Shown: positions 1-9,053, counted from the first letter of the stretch. The stretch is DNA of 40,343 nucleotides from Candidatus Latescibacterota bacterium (GCA_036339235.1 JAYZCA010000287.1:1-40343), one strand, 5' to 3'. Numbers and translations are program-made. The notes: generated by a model not told the origin, from the letters alone.

Positions 1-1982
1 GATTTCTCGAGAGGACGGTGGTTGACGCCCTGCTGATCCAGGCGCGCCATCTGTCGGGGCATGCGCTGGCAGAAATCGACCCAGTCCTTGTCCTCCGGCG
101 ATGTCCAGGCTGTTTCGGCCAGGGCCAGCAGGCGCGGAAACAGCATGTATTGCAACTGCTCCCGACTTCTCACCAACTCGCTCCAGAGGACAGCCTCAAC
201 GCCCACGAGACGAGATACACCCTCTTCGGTGAGATCGGGCGTGGCGGGCTCATAACCGTAGCAGGTGGGTAGGTCACATGTTCCCGCCCAGTAGTAGCCC
301 GACTCGTAGGCGCTGTCGTCCCATGCCAGGTCCAGATAGGCGAAGGGCGCCGCGCAGGCGACAACACCATACCCCGCATTCGCCAGTTCGGTAGCTACGG
401 GGACACTACTCCAGGCGTTTACCATGGCCGAGTGATCGAGCTTGTCGCCGTGCACCGCTTCCTCCCAACCCATCAGCTGTCTGTCCTTGTCCGCCAGGTA
501 GGCTTGCAGGTCGCGCAGCAGATGGCCCTGCAGTTCGTGGGCGCTCTGGTAGCCGTGCTCGACCATGAACTCGCGGCACGCTGGTGACTGTTCCCAGACG
601 CCCTCCGGCACCTCGTCCGCCCCAAGGTGGACAAGGGGACCGGGGAACATCTCGCAGATTTCGTCCAACACGGTGTGCAGGAAGTGATAGGTCCCGGGCA
701 GGGCGGGATTCAGCACGTTGTCGGTGTAGAGCTGGGCGCCGCAGTATCGGGACGAGTCTGCAGCCTCTACCAGCAACTCCGGGCAGGACCTGATCGCCGC
801 CCGCGAATGACCGGGAATGTCGATTTCGGGGATCACCTGTATCTGTCGAGCGGAGGCGTAGTCGATCACATCCCTAATGTCCTGCCGGTTGTAGAAACCG
901 CCGTAGCGACCGGGCCCCGTGCCGAACTGGGGTTCGAGCACCTCGCCCTCGCCTCGCCATGCCCCCTTCTCGGTCAACTGGGGAAACGCCTGTATCTCTA
1001 CCCGCCACCCTTCGTCGTCGGTCAAGTGCCAGTGGAAGCGGTTGAGTTTGTACTGAGCCATCAGGTCGAGGGTTCGAAGTATGGTTTCTTTTTCGTGGAA
1101 GTGGCGCGCACAGTCCAGCATGAGGCCGCGAAAGTGGAAGCGCGGCCAATCCTCGATGAGGACGCATGGCCAACGGACCTCGGTGGAACCGTCAAGATCA
1201 CTCAACTGCAGCAGGGATGTGACGGCGTTGAAGAACCCGGCTGAATCGGCGGCGGCGATGGTGATCCCGTCGGTCTCGACCTGCAGTCGGTAGGCTTCAT
1301 CCGTGAGTTCCGGTTCGACCACGAACACCAAAGTAGCCCTGTCCCGCTCACTCCGGCTCAGCTCTACGGGCAGCATGCAGCCCAGCCAGGTGGAGGCCGA
1401 GACAGACTGCACACAGCCATGGTAGTTGAGTCGCATGGCATGGAATGATCCATCGCGGCGCTGTGTCCGGGACGGCCGGGGTACGATACCAACCGAGTCG
1501 GGGGAGGTGACGGCGGCCGACCCCGCTTCGGCGTTGGGTGAGGCTGCGGGTGCCGGCGCCACCGTGACCCCGCCATAGGTAGAGGGGAGCACACGACCGC
1601 TGGCGATGGATTCCAGATTGTGGTTGCCGAGGGCAGCGGGCAGATGGACGAGCGTGTCATCTTCACCGACACAACTGACATAGAGTCCACCAGGCAGATC
1701 GCTCAACCGTTGAATCATGCTGAGATTACCTGAGAACTTCAGCTGCACGCACCCTCGCGTCGTCAATAAACGCTCGTCCGTCGGTGCCAGCGTCACATGG
1801 CTGCCGACCTGGGCACGGAGCACGGTGCCGTCCCGTGGGCGGATCGACTTCGGCAGGTCAAACTTCAGGCTCCAGTTGCCGATGTCTCGCGCCCCGTGAT
1901 TGTGCACGGTGGCGCAGACAATCAGTTCACCTTCCTCTTCCCGCTGTAGCTCAAAATCCACCACCAACACAGGATCGGTCAT
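1..1982 (-). CDS. GH20 beta-N-acetylhexosaminidase; C-terminal end runs off the left edge of the window
   Basis: The minus-strand frame is open from ATG at 1982..1980 to position 1, and is absent from the ORF track because no stop lies in the window. My own translation reads MTDPVLVVDFELQ...IEDWPRFHFRGLMLDCARHF...YKLNRFHWHLTDDEGWR...VIPEIDIPGHS...HLGADEV, which are GH20 catalytic-domain motifs including the D-E pair. A purine-rich GGAAAGGAA lies just upstream of the ATG. An alternative internal start is at 1718. Confidence 0.88.
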   Translation of the reverse strand, partial: MTDPVLVVDFELQREEEGELIVCATVHNHGARDIGNWSLKFDLPKSIRPRDGTVLRAQVGSHVTLAPTDERLLTTRGCVQLKFSGNLSMIQRLSDLPGGLYVSCVGEDDTLVHLPAALGNHNLESIASGRVLPSTYGGVTVAPAPAASPNAEAGSAAVTSPDSVGIVPRPSRTQRRDGSFHAMRLNYHGCVQSVSASTWLGCMLPVELSRSERDRATLVFVVEPELTDEAYRLQVETDGITIAAADSAGFFNAVTSLLQLSDLDGSTEVRWPCVLIEDWPRFHFRGLMLDCARHFHEKETILRTLDLMAQYKLNRFHWHLTDDEGWRVEIQAFPQLTEKGAWRGEGEVLEPQFGTGPGRYGGFYNRQDIRDVIDYASARQIQVIPEIDIPGHSRAAIRSCPELLVEAADSSRYCGAQLYTDNVLNPALPGTYHFLHTVLDEICEMFPGPLVHLGADEVPEGVWEQSPACREFMVEHGYQSAHELQGHLLRDLQAYLADKDRQLMGWEEAVHGDKLDHSAMVNAWSSVPVATELANAGYGVVACAAPFAYLDLAWDDSAYESGYYWAGTCDLPTCYGYEPATPDLTEEGVSRLVGVEAVLWSELVRSREQLQYMLFPRLLALAETAWTSPEDKDWVDFCQRMPRQMARLDQQGVNHRPLEK

Positions 1983-2106
1983 CGGTTCCTTTCCACTTGC
2001 CGCTGGAAAGACGAGAAACTCATCGTGTCCGTCCAGCCGGAGTTCAGCTCGTCGGGACCTGAAGGGCGTTGTAGCTTCTCTGGATGACCAAAACCCGCTC
2101 GACTCG

Positions 2107-4161
2107 ATGAACGAGACCCCCGCGGCACCATCGCGCAAGGTCATCATCCGGCTGTCGGCCATGTTCTGGCTGGCACAGATGGCCGACGCAGCCGCCCTTG
2201 TCCTGCTCGGCGGGCACATGAGTGCCCTGGGCTTCTCCGGGATGCAAATCAGTTCGGTGTACGCAACGATGGGAGTTGCGGCGCTCGTCTCACCCTTCGT
2301 CGCTGGTTGGCTCGCCGACCGTTTTTTCCCCAGTCAGACCATGCTTGGCGGCTGCTACCTGCTGCTGGTGCCGCTGCTGGCACTGGCCTGGCAGCAGTCC
2401 GAATTCACGCCGCTCTGGTTCATCATGGCGGGGGTGGCCCTGTTGCGTACGCCGGCACGGATCCTGTCGACGGTCGTCGCCTTCCACCACCTGGGCGACA
2501 AGAACCGATTCGGTCAGGTCCGCGCCTGGGGGACGGTTGGCTGGATCTTCATCAGCTGGTGTCTCAGTGGCTACCTGCGACTCTGGGAAGGCTGGGATCC
2601 GGGTGTTTCCCATATGGGGGATGCCCTGCTGGTCGCAGCCGGCGTTTCCCTGATCACGGGACTGTACTGTCTGAGCCTGCCGAACACGCCGCCTGGAAAT
2701 CGCCACGCCAGGTCCCTCGGTCTCGGGGCCTCCCTTCGATTGCTGCGCCATCCTGCCTTCGTCATGCTCCTGGGGATCGGTTTCGTGTCGTCGACGATGA
2801 ATCCCTTCTTCTACAACTTCTCCTTCCTTTTCCTTACCGAGGCCGAAGGGGTCGGTCTGGCGCCGAGTCTGGCCAACTGGGTGCAGAGCCTGGGACAAGT
2901 GGCGGAGGTGGGAGTGCTGCTGGCTCTGGGCACATCGTTGCGTCGATTCGGCATCAAGCGCATCCTGCTCGCCGGCATCGCCGCCCAGTCGCTGCGGTTT
3001 GGCCTGTTTATCCTGGGTGAGCCGACATGGCTCATGGCAGCAGCGCTGAGCCTGCACGGCTTCGTCTTCACGTTCTACTCCGTCGGCCTGGCGATCGCCG
3101 TCGATGAGCTCAGCAGCGTGGACAATCGGGCCAGCGCCCAGGGGCTGATGTCGCTGGTGTGCGGTGGGGGCGGCACGCTGCTGGGGAACTACCTTGCGGG
3201 TTCGGCCTATGACCGTCTTGCCCTCGACGGTGGAGGACACGATTGGGCGACGTTTTTTGCGGTGCCGGCTGTCGTAACCGGTGCAAGTCTGGTGATCTTC
3301 GGCTTGTTGTTTCGCGAGCATAGGCGAACTACGTTCGGGCATCTTCGTCGCTGCGAAACGCTAGGACATACTCGCCGGAGACACGTCATGGAGAAGCTGA
3401 GCGAAGAGCAGTGGCTCGAATACGAGGATCGGGGATACTTGCGCTTGGGCGAGACGGTCGCTGCCGCCGATCTAGCCGCCTTGCAGGGACGTATTGACGC
3501 GATCATGATGGGCACTGCCGATCTCGACTATGACCGTATGATGATGCAGCGCGACTCGGATACGGGGGTCTACGCGGATCTGGGACCGCAGACCCGCGGT
3601 CACAAGGGACCGACGCTCGAATACCGCAAGATGGAGGGGCTGGAGCAGGATCCGCTGTTTCTTGCACACATGCGCAGACCCCTGTTCCGCGACGTCTGTG
3701 GGCGCGTATACGGCGTTGATACCGGCGTCTCTTGCTACCGGGCCATGTTCATGAACAAGCCCGCCAACAAGGGTACGGTGTTGCCCTGGCACCAGGACCG
3801 CTGGAACGAACTTGACCGGGATCCGCGTGTCACCATCTGGACCGCCCTCGACGACAGCACCGTCGAAAACGGCTGCATGATCGTGTTGCCCGGCTCCCAC
3901 AAGCTCGGACTCATCAACGAGAGCTCGCCTTTCTTCACTGAGGAGCAATGCCGCGACTTTGAGGCCCGATTCGACTCCGTCGTTCTGGAGTTTCGCGCCG
4001 GGGAGTCCGTGGTGCTGCACAACTGGCTCCTGCACACCTCGGGGATCAATCGCTCAACCCGGGCGCGTCGAGCCTTCAGCGTCGCCTACATGGACGCTGC
4101 CACTCGGGCCAGCAATGGGCGCGAGTTTTCCGTCATCTTCGGCGATGGTGGAGAATCATAG
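2107..4161 (+). CDS. Single uninterrupted ORF: 12-TM MFS transporter (nucleoside:H+ symporter-like) in frame with a complete PhyH-family Fe(II)/2-oxoglutarate dioxygenase
   Basis: From ATG 2107 the protein reads RLSAMFWLAQMADAAALVLLGGHM...VSPFVAGWLADRFF and continues as hydrophobic helices to about 3330. A 25-aa basic linker follows, then an ATG at 3388 (GGAG 7 nt upstream) opens MEKLSEEQWLEYEDRGYLRL...LPWHQDRW...LHNWLLHTSG...RRAFSVAY, the PhyH HxD...H and Arg motifs. The track start 1900 (TTG) overlaps the GH20 gene and was rejected. Confidence 0.8.
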   Translation: MNETPAAPSRKVIIRLSAMFWLAQMADAAALVLLGGHMSALGFSGMQISSVYATMGVAALVSPFVAGWLADRFFPSQTMLGGCYLLLVPLLALAWQQSEFTPLWFIMAGVALLRTPARILSTVVAFHHLGDKNRFGQVRAWGTVGWIFISWCLSGYLRLWEGWDPGVSHMGDALLVAAGVSLITGLYCLSLPNTPPGNRHARSLGLGASLRLLRHPAFVMLLGIGFVSSTMNPFFYNFSFLFLTEAEGVGLAPSLANWVQSLGQVAEVGVLLALGTSLRRFGIKRILLAGIAAQSLRFGLFILGEPTWLMAAALSLHGFVFTFYSVGLAIAVDELSSVDNRASAQGLMSLVCGGGGTLLGNYLAGSAYDRLALDGGGHDWATFFAVPAVVTGASLVIFGLLFREHRRTTFGHLRRCETLGHTRRRHVMEKLSEEQWLEYEDRGYLRLGETVAAADLAALQGRIDAIMMGTADLDYDRMMMQRDSDTGVYADLGPQTRGHKGPTLEYRKMEGLEQDPLFLAHMRRPLFRDVCGRVYGVDTGVSCYRAMFMNKPANKGTVLPWHQDRWNELDRDPRVTIWTALDDSTVENGCMIVLPGSHKLGLINESSPFFTEEQCRDFEARFDSVVLEFRAGESVVLHNWLLHTSGINRSTRARRAFSVAYMDAATRASNGREFSVIFGDGGES

Positions 4162-4804
4162 GGTCTGTTGCGGCGCTGCTTCCTGCGACGCCCGCGAGTT
4201 CCGCGGACTCCTCAAGCTTCTTCTTCTCCCGCTTTTCCTCTTTTTTCTTTTCTTGCACGTCGGCGGCGCGGGCTGACCAGCCGTTTTTCGGACCACCGTT
4301 GGGACACACCCCAAAGTCAGACTTCCACAGCGTCAGGATGACATAGTTGAGCACAATCGAGATGACGGCTGCCACGCCGAGCTCGCCGATGCCCGCAGCC
4401 AGTCCGACACCGATGGCGAGAAAGATGTAGAGAGCGTTCGCCGTGTCGCTGAGAGAATTGCGAATCGACGACCCCGGCAAGGCTGAAGGCCAAGGCGACG
4501 CTGTTTTCACCATCACGACGATGCCAGCCACCGCCATGGGCAGGATGACCACCGTCTGCACAACGGCTTGATCGAATCCGGTGACCCGCCTGGCGCCCAT
4601 GTAACCCCACGAAACCGGAAGCATCAGCAGCAGTGTGCCCACCATGGAGACGATCAGTGCGATCTCCATATGGTAGGGTTCGCCCCCTGAAGCGGTGTCA
4701 GCCGTGGCTGGCTCGAGGAACGAACCGGCCGTCAGGGCCGCACTGTTCCCCCTGAGATATTCAAGCAGAGGTGGCCACAGCCCGATGAGGAGGCCGACAG
4801 ACAA
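4133..4804 (-). CDS. DUF4956-like integral membrane protein with K/E-rich C-terminal tail; probably frameshifted at its 5' end (likely true start ATG 4889..4887)
   Basis: The ORF has several TM helices, and the stretch IRNSLSDTANALYIFLAIGVGLAAGIGELG resembles the conserved DUF4956 core. The TTG start at 4804 has no SD. A better start plus a TM helix is recovered upstream through a G7 run (see finding). Confidence 0.6.
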   Translation of the reverse strand: MSVGLLIGLWPPLLEYLRGNSAALTAGSFLEPATADTASGGEPYHMEIALIVSMVGTLLLMLPVSWGYMGARRVTGFDQAVVQTVVILPMAVAGIVVMVKTASPWPSALPGSSIRNSLSDTANALYIFLAIGVGLAAGIGELGVAAVISIVLNYVILTLWKSDFGVCPNGGPKNGWSARAADVQEKKKEEKREKKKLEESAELAGVAGSSAATDPMILHHRRR

Positions 4805-4948
4805 GAAGAGCAGGACGTAGAAGATCGTGACGCGTCGAACCAGATTCTTCGGGGGGGTCGGTGCTCAGGGCAACGAGCTTGTTCAGCATGGCAGAACCTC
4901 GAGGGGTTGTGACTAATAGTCGGCCACGGAAGCCTTTCTACAGGTAAT

Positions 4949-5164
4949 CTACATCGAGTTGAGGGGAGCGATCTGTAAAAGGTCGTCGGGTGCCGTCGAA
5001 GAAGAGCCCGAGATCGAGGGAGTATCGTTTTTTTCGGTTCCGCACCGGGGGCACATGCCACAGGCGCTGGCGACCTTGCGCACAAACGGGCGCAGGGTCG
5101 TCCACAGGACCCAGACGCCGCAGGCGCCAGCCAGGACGATGGTCAGCAAGTCCTGCCAGTTCAT
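4949..5164 (-). CDS. FeoB-associated Cys-rich small membrane protein
   Basis: This 71-aa protein has one N-terminal TM helix (LLTIVLAGACGVWVLW) followed by CGMCPRCG. It starts 10 nt downstream of the feoB stop, which is the typical position and architecture for this family. Confidence 0.75.
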   Translation of the reverse strand: MNWQDLLTIVLAGACGVWVLWTTLRPFVRKVASACGMCPRCGTEKNDTPSISGSSSTAPDDLLQIAPLNSM

Positions 5165-5174
5165 CTCGAGATCC

Positions 5175-7370
5175 CTACCATCCGAGCCACAACCCCAGCC
5201 GGTAGACGCCGAAGGCGGCGGCGTAGGCCAGGAGGGTCATGTAGGTGAAGGAGAAGGCCGCCCAGCCCCAGGATCCCGTCTCTCGCTGAATCACCGCCAG
5301 TGTCGACATACACTGGGCGCAGAGCGCGAAGAAGATCATCACGGACAACGCGACAGGCACGGTGAATACAGGCGTGCCGTCGGCGTGGGTGGCGTTCTTC
5401 AGGCCGCGGCGCATGTCGCCGGAGGTTTCGTCCTGCTCACCGCCGAGGCTGTAGATGGTGCCGAGGGCGGAGATGATGATCTCGCGCGCCGGAAAGGACG
5501 CCAGCGTCGCCATGCCGATACGCCAGTCCCATCCCAGAGGAGCGAACACGGGTTGCACGAAGTGGCCCGCCTGGCCCAGCAGGCTCGCCTCGAGATGGGC
5601 TGCCGCTTCGGCCCGGTCGAGCCGCCGCAGAGCGGTATCGCGCTCGGAGGACGGCAGCGGGGTCACCACTGCGCGTTCGTCGGCGAAGTGCTGGCTGATG
5701 TCCTCTGAGCGTGGAAAGTATGCCAGGGCCCACATGACGATCGTGGCGGCGAGGATGACGCTGCCGGCGCGTACAATGAAGGCGCGACAGCTCTCGTAGA
5801 CACGCAGCAGCACTGTGCGCGGCGTGGGCCAGTTATAGGCCGGCAACTCCAGCAGAAACGGGCTCGACGAGCCGCGCAGGAGGGTGTAACGCAGCAGCAG
5901 GGCGACGGGCACGGCGATAACGGCGCCGACGCTGTACATGGCCAGCAGCGTCAGCCCCTGCAGTCCGATCCAGCCACCGAGAATGGTGCGATCGGGGATG
6001 AAAGCGGCGATGAACAACACATAGACGGGGAGCCGGGCCGAGCAGCTCATCAGCGGAGCCACCAGAATCGTAACGAAGCGATCTCGCCGGTCGGCGATGG
6101 TGCGCGCCGCCATGACGCCGGGCACCGCGCACGCAAAGCTCGACAGCAGAGGAATGAAGGACCGGCCGGACAGCCCCAGGTTGCCGAGGAGCCGATCCAT
6201 CAGTAGCGCCGCACGTGCCATGTAGCCGCAGTCCTCGAGGATCGAGATCAACAGGAAGAGCATGGCGATCTGCGGCAGGAAGATGATGACGCCTCCGACG
6301 CCGGCGATAACACCGTCGACGATCATGCTGCGCACGGCGCCATCGGGGAGGGCGCCGGCGACGGCGCCACCGAAGCTGGCGACGGATCCCTCGATTATTT
6401 CCATAAGCGGCGCCGACCAGGAGTAGATCCCCTGAAAGAGCAAAGCGCTGATGCCGACAAAGGCCAGCAGGCCTGCCAGACGGTGGGTGAGGATGCGGTC
6501 GACGCGGTCGGAGCGGCTGGCGCGCAACTCTTCTTCGTGTTGCACACACCCGTCGAGGATCTGCTGAATCCAGGCGTAACGGGACTCCGATTCGATAGCC
6601 GACAGAGGCGCCGATACGCCGACGGCACTGCGCAGATCAGCCAGGACGCGAGTCATGTCCGCTCCCCGCTCAGCGACGAGTTGTTCCTCGGCAGGGCCGC
6701 CGTCATCGACGAGAGCGCGCAGGGCATACGGGGCAGCGAGGGGGCGGAAGCCGTTGGTCGACGCCGTCAACTGCACCAGGCGCTGCACCTGCTGCCGCAG
6801 GTCACCGGGCAGTGCCGCCATCGACGGTGATTTCGTGGGTTCCTTGAGCACGTCGGCGAGGGCGATCCGCAGGTCGTCGATGCCATGACGGCGCTGGGCG
6901 TTGATTGGGATCACCGGGACTCCGAGTCGGCTCGACAGACGAATGGCGTCGATGCGAATGCTGCGCGTGGCGGCGACATCCGTCATGTTGAGAGCGATGA
7001 CGAGAGGGCGAGAAGCCTCGAGTAGCTGTGAGACAAGGTAGAGGTTGCGGCGCAGGTTGCTGGCATCGACGATGGCGATGACGGCGTCGACACGGGTGGC
7101 ATCCTCCTCGTCGAGGAGCACGTCGACGGCGATCATCTCGTCGGGTGACGCGGCAGACAGACTGTAGGTGCCCGGCAGGTCGACGAGTTCGACGGGCGTT
7201 CCGTCCGGCAGGTCGACGGCGCCACTGATACGCTCCACCGTGACGCCGGGGTAGTTGCCGATGCGCTGCGACATCCCCGTCAGAGCGTTGAACAGAGTCG
7301 TCTTGCCGGTGTTGGGATTGCCGATCAGAGCAACGGTGCGAGTCACGCGGGGTAGGCGCGTGCGGAGCAT
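5175..7370 (-). CDS. feoB: Ferrous iron transporter FeoB (N-terminal G-domain plus polytopic membrane domain)
   Basis: The 731-aa protein begins VALIGNPNTGKTTLFNALTG...NYPGVTVE...DLPGTYSL, which are the G1-G3 motifs. A long multi-TM C-terminal part follows. Confidence 0.95.
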   Translation of the reverse strand: MLRTRLPRVTRTVALIGNPNTGKTTLFNALTGMSQRIGNYPGVTVERISGAVDLPDGTPVELVDLPGTYSLSAASPDEMIAVDVLLDEEDATRVDAVIAIVDASNLRRNLYLVSQLLEASRPLVIALNMTDVAATRSIRIDAIRLSSRLGVPVIPINAQRRHGIDDLRIALADVLKEPTKSPSMAALPGDLRQQVQRLVQLTASTNGFRPLAAPYALRALVDDGGPAEEQLVAERGADMTRVLADLRSAVGVSAPLSAIESESRYAWIQQILDGCVQHEEELRASRSDRVDRILTHRLAGLLAFVGISALLFQGIYSWSAPLMEIIEGSVASFGGAVAGALPDGAVRSMIVDGVIAGVGGVIIFLPQIAMLFLLISILEDCGYMARAALLMDRLLGNLGLSGRSFIPLLSSFACAVPGVMAARTIADRRDRFVTILVAPLMSCSARLPVYVLFIAAFIPDRTILGGWIGLQGLTLLAMYSVGAVIAVPVALLLRYTLLRGSSSPFLLELPAYNWPTPRTVLLRVYESCRAFIVRAGSVILAATIVMWALAYFPRSEDISQHFADERAVVTPLPSSERDTALRRLDRAEAAAHLEASLLGQAGHFVQPVFAPLGWDWRIGMATLASFPAREIIISALGTIYSLGGEQDETSGDMRRGLKNATHADGTPVFTVPVALSVMIFFALCAQCMSTLAVIQRETGSWGWAAFSFTYMTLLAYAAAFGVYRLGLWLGW

Positions 7371-7389
7371 GAAGAAGGGTGGGTGTTTG

Positions 7390-7674
7390 CTACAGAGTGA
7401 TGGGGTCGGCAGCGGTTACGCGTATCGCGGCGGCATCGGCCCGTCGCAGTGCGAGACGAGCCTCGCCGATCTGAATGACAAGGCGGGTACCGGTGCGCAG
7501 GACGCGCAGGCGAACACCGGGAAGCAGGCCCATTTCGCGCAATCTGCAGGAGAGCCGGTCGGCCCAGGGAACGTCGACGACGATCGCGTCACGCCCCCGA
7601 CGCCATTCGGAGAGAGCACCTTCGCTCAGGCTCGACTCGGCGGTTCGGCGCCGCCAGGACATGAAGCTCATCAT
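7390..7674 (-). CDS. feoA: FeoA family protein (SH3-like)
   Basis: The C-terminal sequence LREMGLLPGVRLRVLRTGTRLVIQIGEARLALRRADAAAIRV matches the FeoA fold pattern, and the stop lies 19 nt upstream of the feoB start. The start was chosen at the ATGATG at 7674 rather than the track start 7809, whose extra 45 aa are basic and low-complexity. The exact start is uncertain. Confidence 0.75.
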   Translation of the reverse strand: MMSFMSWRRRTAESSLSEGALSEWRRGRDAIVVDVPWADRLSCRLREMGLLPGVRLRVLRTGTRLVIQIGEARLALRRADAAAIRVTAADPITL

Positions 7675-7744
7675 CAACTCTCTCGATCGACTGCGTTCTC
7701 GCGGTTCCGACGGCGATTTTCGTCGTTCGGGGGACCGAAAGGAG

Positions 7745-7760
7745 GTTTGGCATGCCAAAC
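7745..7760. promoter_or_regulatory. Perfect 16-bp palindrome GTTTGGCATGCCAAAC in the feoA/OMP divergent intergenic region
   Basis: The sequence is its own reverse complement. It lies 71-86 nt upstream of the proposed feoA start, in the AT-richer non-coding stretch. Confidence 0.45.
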
Positions 7761-7765
7761 GGTTG

Positions 7766-7784
7766 GTAGGTAAGGCTAATATAC
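7766..7784. promoter_or_regulatory. DtxR/IdeR-like iron box candidate GTAGGTAAGGCTAATATAC
   Basis: 14 of 19 positions are identical to the DtxR/IdeR consensus TTAGGTTAGGCTAACCTAA as I recall it. The site is partly dyad-symmetric and lies 92-110 nt upstream of feoA. Confidence 0.4.
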
Positions 7785-7925
7785 GATGTTCCGATCGAGA
7801 ATCAACCACAATCTCAAACGCCGTAAATCAAGGATGTCTGGGGGACCTACGCAGTTTTGTCTTGACGCCAAGACAGGGCTCCGGTATGTTGACCATCCGA
7901 GTGTTTTGTATGACAAACTATTGGT

Positions 7926-7935
7926 TGGTATACCA
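7926..7935. promoter_or_regulatory. 10-bp perfect palindrome TGGTATACCA upstream of the OMP gene
   Basis: The palindrome was read directly from the sequence and lies 57-66 nt upstream of ATG 7992. Its function is unknown. Confidence 0.25.
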
Positions 7936-7991
7936 TATATCCGTATGCCATAGACGACACAAGAACCCTAAAATGCTGAGAGTTCCATCAC

Positions 7992-9050
7992 ATGAAGCGA
8001 GTAGCAGTTCTGCTGGCAGCCCTATGCGCAGCCGCGTCCGCGACGTTCGCCGCCGATCGACCGGCAGTTCAGGGGGGGGTGTACGACAAGCCCTACCTCA
8101 GACAGACCACCGGCGGTACCACCGTCGGTGGCTACATCGATCACGAGCTGTTCTGGAACGACAAGGCCAAGACCTTCGACCAGCATCGCTTCATCCCTTT
8201 CCTCTTCAGCGAGGTGAGCGACAGGATCCACGTGGCCGCAGAGATCGAGTTCGAGCACGGCGGCAACGTTGGCGGTGACGGCGAGATCAAGCTGGAATTT
8301 GCCACCCTCGACATCGCCTTTCACGAAGCCGCATCGCTGCGCGGCGGTGTCATCCTGTCACCGCTAGGCCGGTTCAACCTGATTCACGACAGCCCTCTCA
8401 ACGACCTGACGAATCGGCCACTGGTGGCACGCGAGATCGTGCCGACGACGCTGAGCGAGTCGGGTATGGGACTGTTCGGGACCTTCTACCCGAGCGAGGC
8501 GGCCGTGATGGGTTACGAGCTCTATGTCGTCAACGGCTTTGCCAACTCCGCAGCCACACGGTTGCGATCCGGCCGGGGAAGCCAGAAGCGTGACAACAAC
8601 GAGGAAAAGTCGATCGTCGGCAGGCTGAATTATTCGCCCTCCCTCGGGCTCGACCTGGGGGGGTCGTTTCATGTGGGGGCCTACGACGATTCGGGAGAGG
8701 ACAATCTGTCGATCTTCGCCGTCGACGCCTCTTGGAATCGCGGCCCACTGGACATGCGCGGCGAGTACGCCACGGCCAGCATCGACGGTGCTGACGAGGA
8801 CAGTCGTTCAGGCTATTACACTCAGGTGGCCTACCACTTCCTGCCCGGGAGTCTGTCCTTCCCCAACTCCACCTTCACGGTGGCGGCGCGCTACGACCAC
8901 ATCGACCTGGGTGCGAGCGACGAGACGCGCACTACGGTGGGACTGAACTTTCGCCCCGAAGAGGAAACGGTTATCAAGCTCGACTACGAGATCTACGATC
9001 GGGACGACGACAGCAACGGTCTGATTCTGTCTCTGGCCTCTTATTTCTGA
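7992..9050 (+). CDS. Outer-membrane beta-barrel (porin-like) protein with signal peptide
   Basis: The N-terminus MKRVAVLLAALCAAASATFAADRP is a signal peptide. The body shows alternating amphipathic beta-strand composition and ends in the C-terminal ...LSLASYF (terminal Phe), typical of BAM substrates. Confidence 0.75.
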   Translation: MKRVAVLLAALCAAASATFAADRPAVQGGVYDKPYLRQTTGGTTVGGYIDHELFWNDKAKTFDQHRFIPFLFSEVSDRIHVAAEIEFEHGGNVGGDGEIKLEFATLDIAFHEAASLRGGVILSPLGRFNLIHDSPLNDLTNRPLVAREIVPTTLSESGMGLFGTFYPSEAAVMGYELYVVNGFANSAATRLRSGRGSQKRDNNEEKSIVGRLNYSPSLGLDLGGSFHVGAYDDSGEDNLSIFAVDASWNRGPLDMRGEYATASIDGADEDSRSGYYTQVAYHFLPGSLSFPNSTFTVAARYDHIDLGASDETRTTVGLNFRPEEETVIKLDYEIYDRDDDSNGLILSLASYF

Positions 9051-9053
9051 AAC

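Noticed and set aside
4217-4254. A polypyrimidine tract of about 38 nt (CTTCTTCTTCTCCC-G-CTTTTCCTCTTTTTTCTTTTCTT) was considered as a structural (H-DNA) or regulatory element.
   Set aside because: It is fully explained as the coding sequence, on the minus strand, of the Lys/Glu-rich tail (EKKKEEKREKKKLEE) of the DUF4956-like protein.
7745-7760. The TTGGCATGCCAA palindrome was considered as a sigma-54 promoter (TGGCAC-N5-TTGC).
   Set aside because: TGGCA is present on both strands, but no TTGC(A/T) element follows at the required spacing in either direction.
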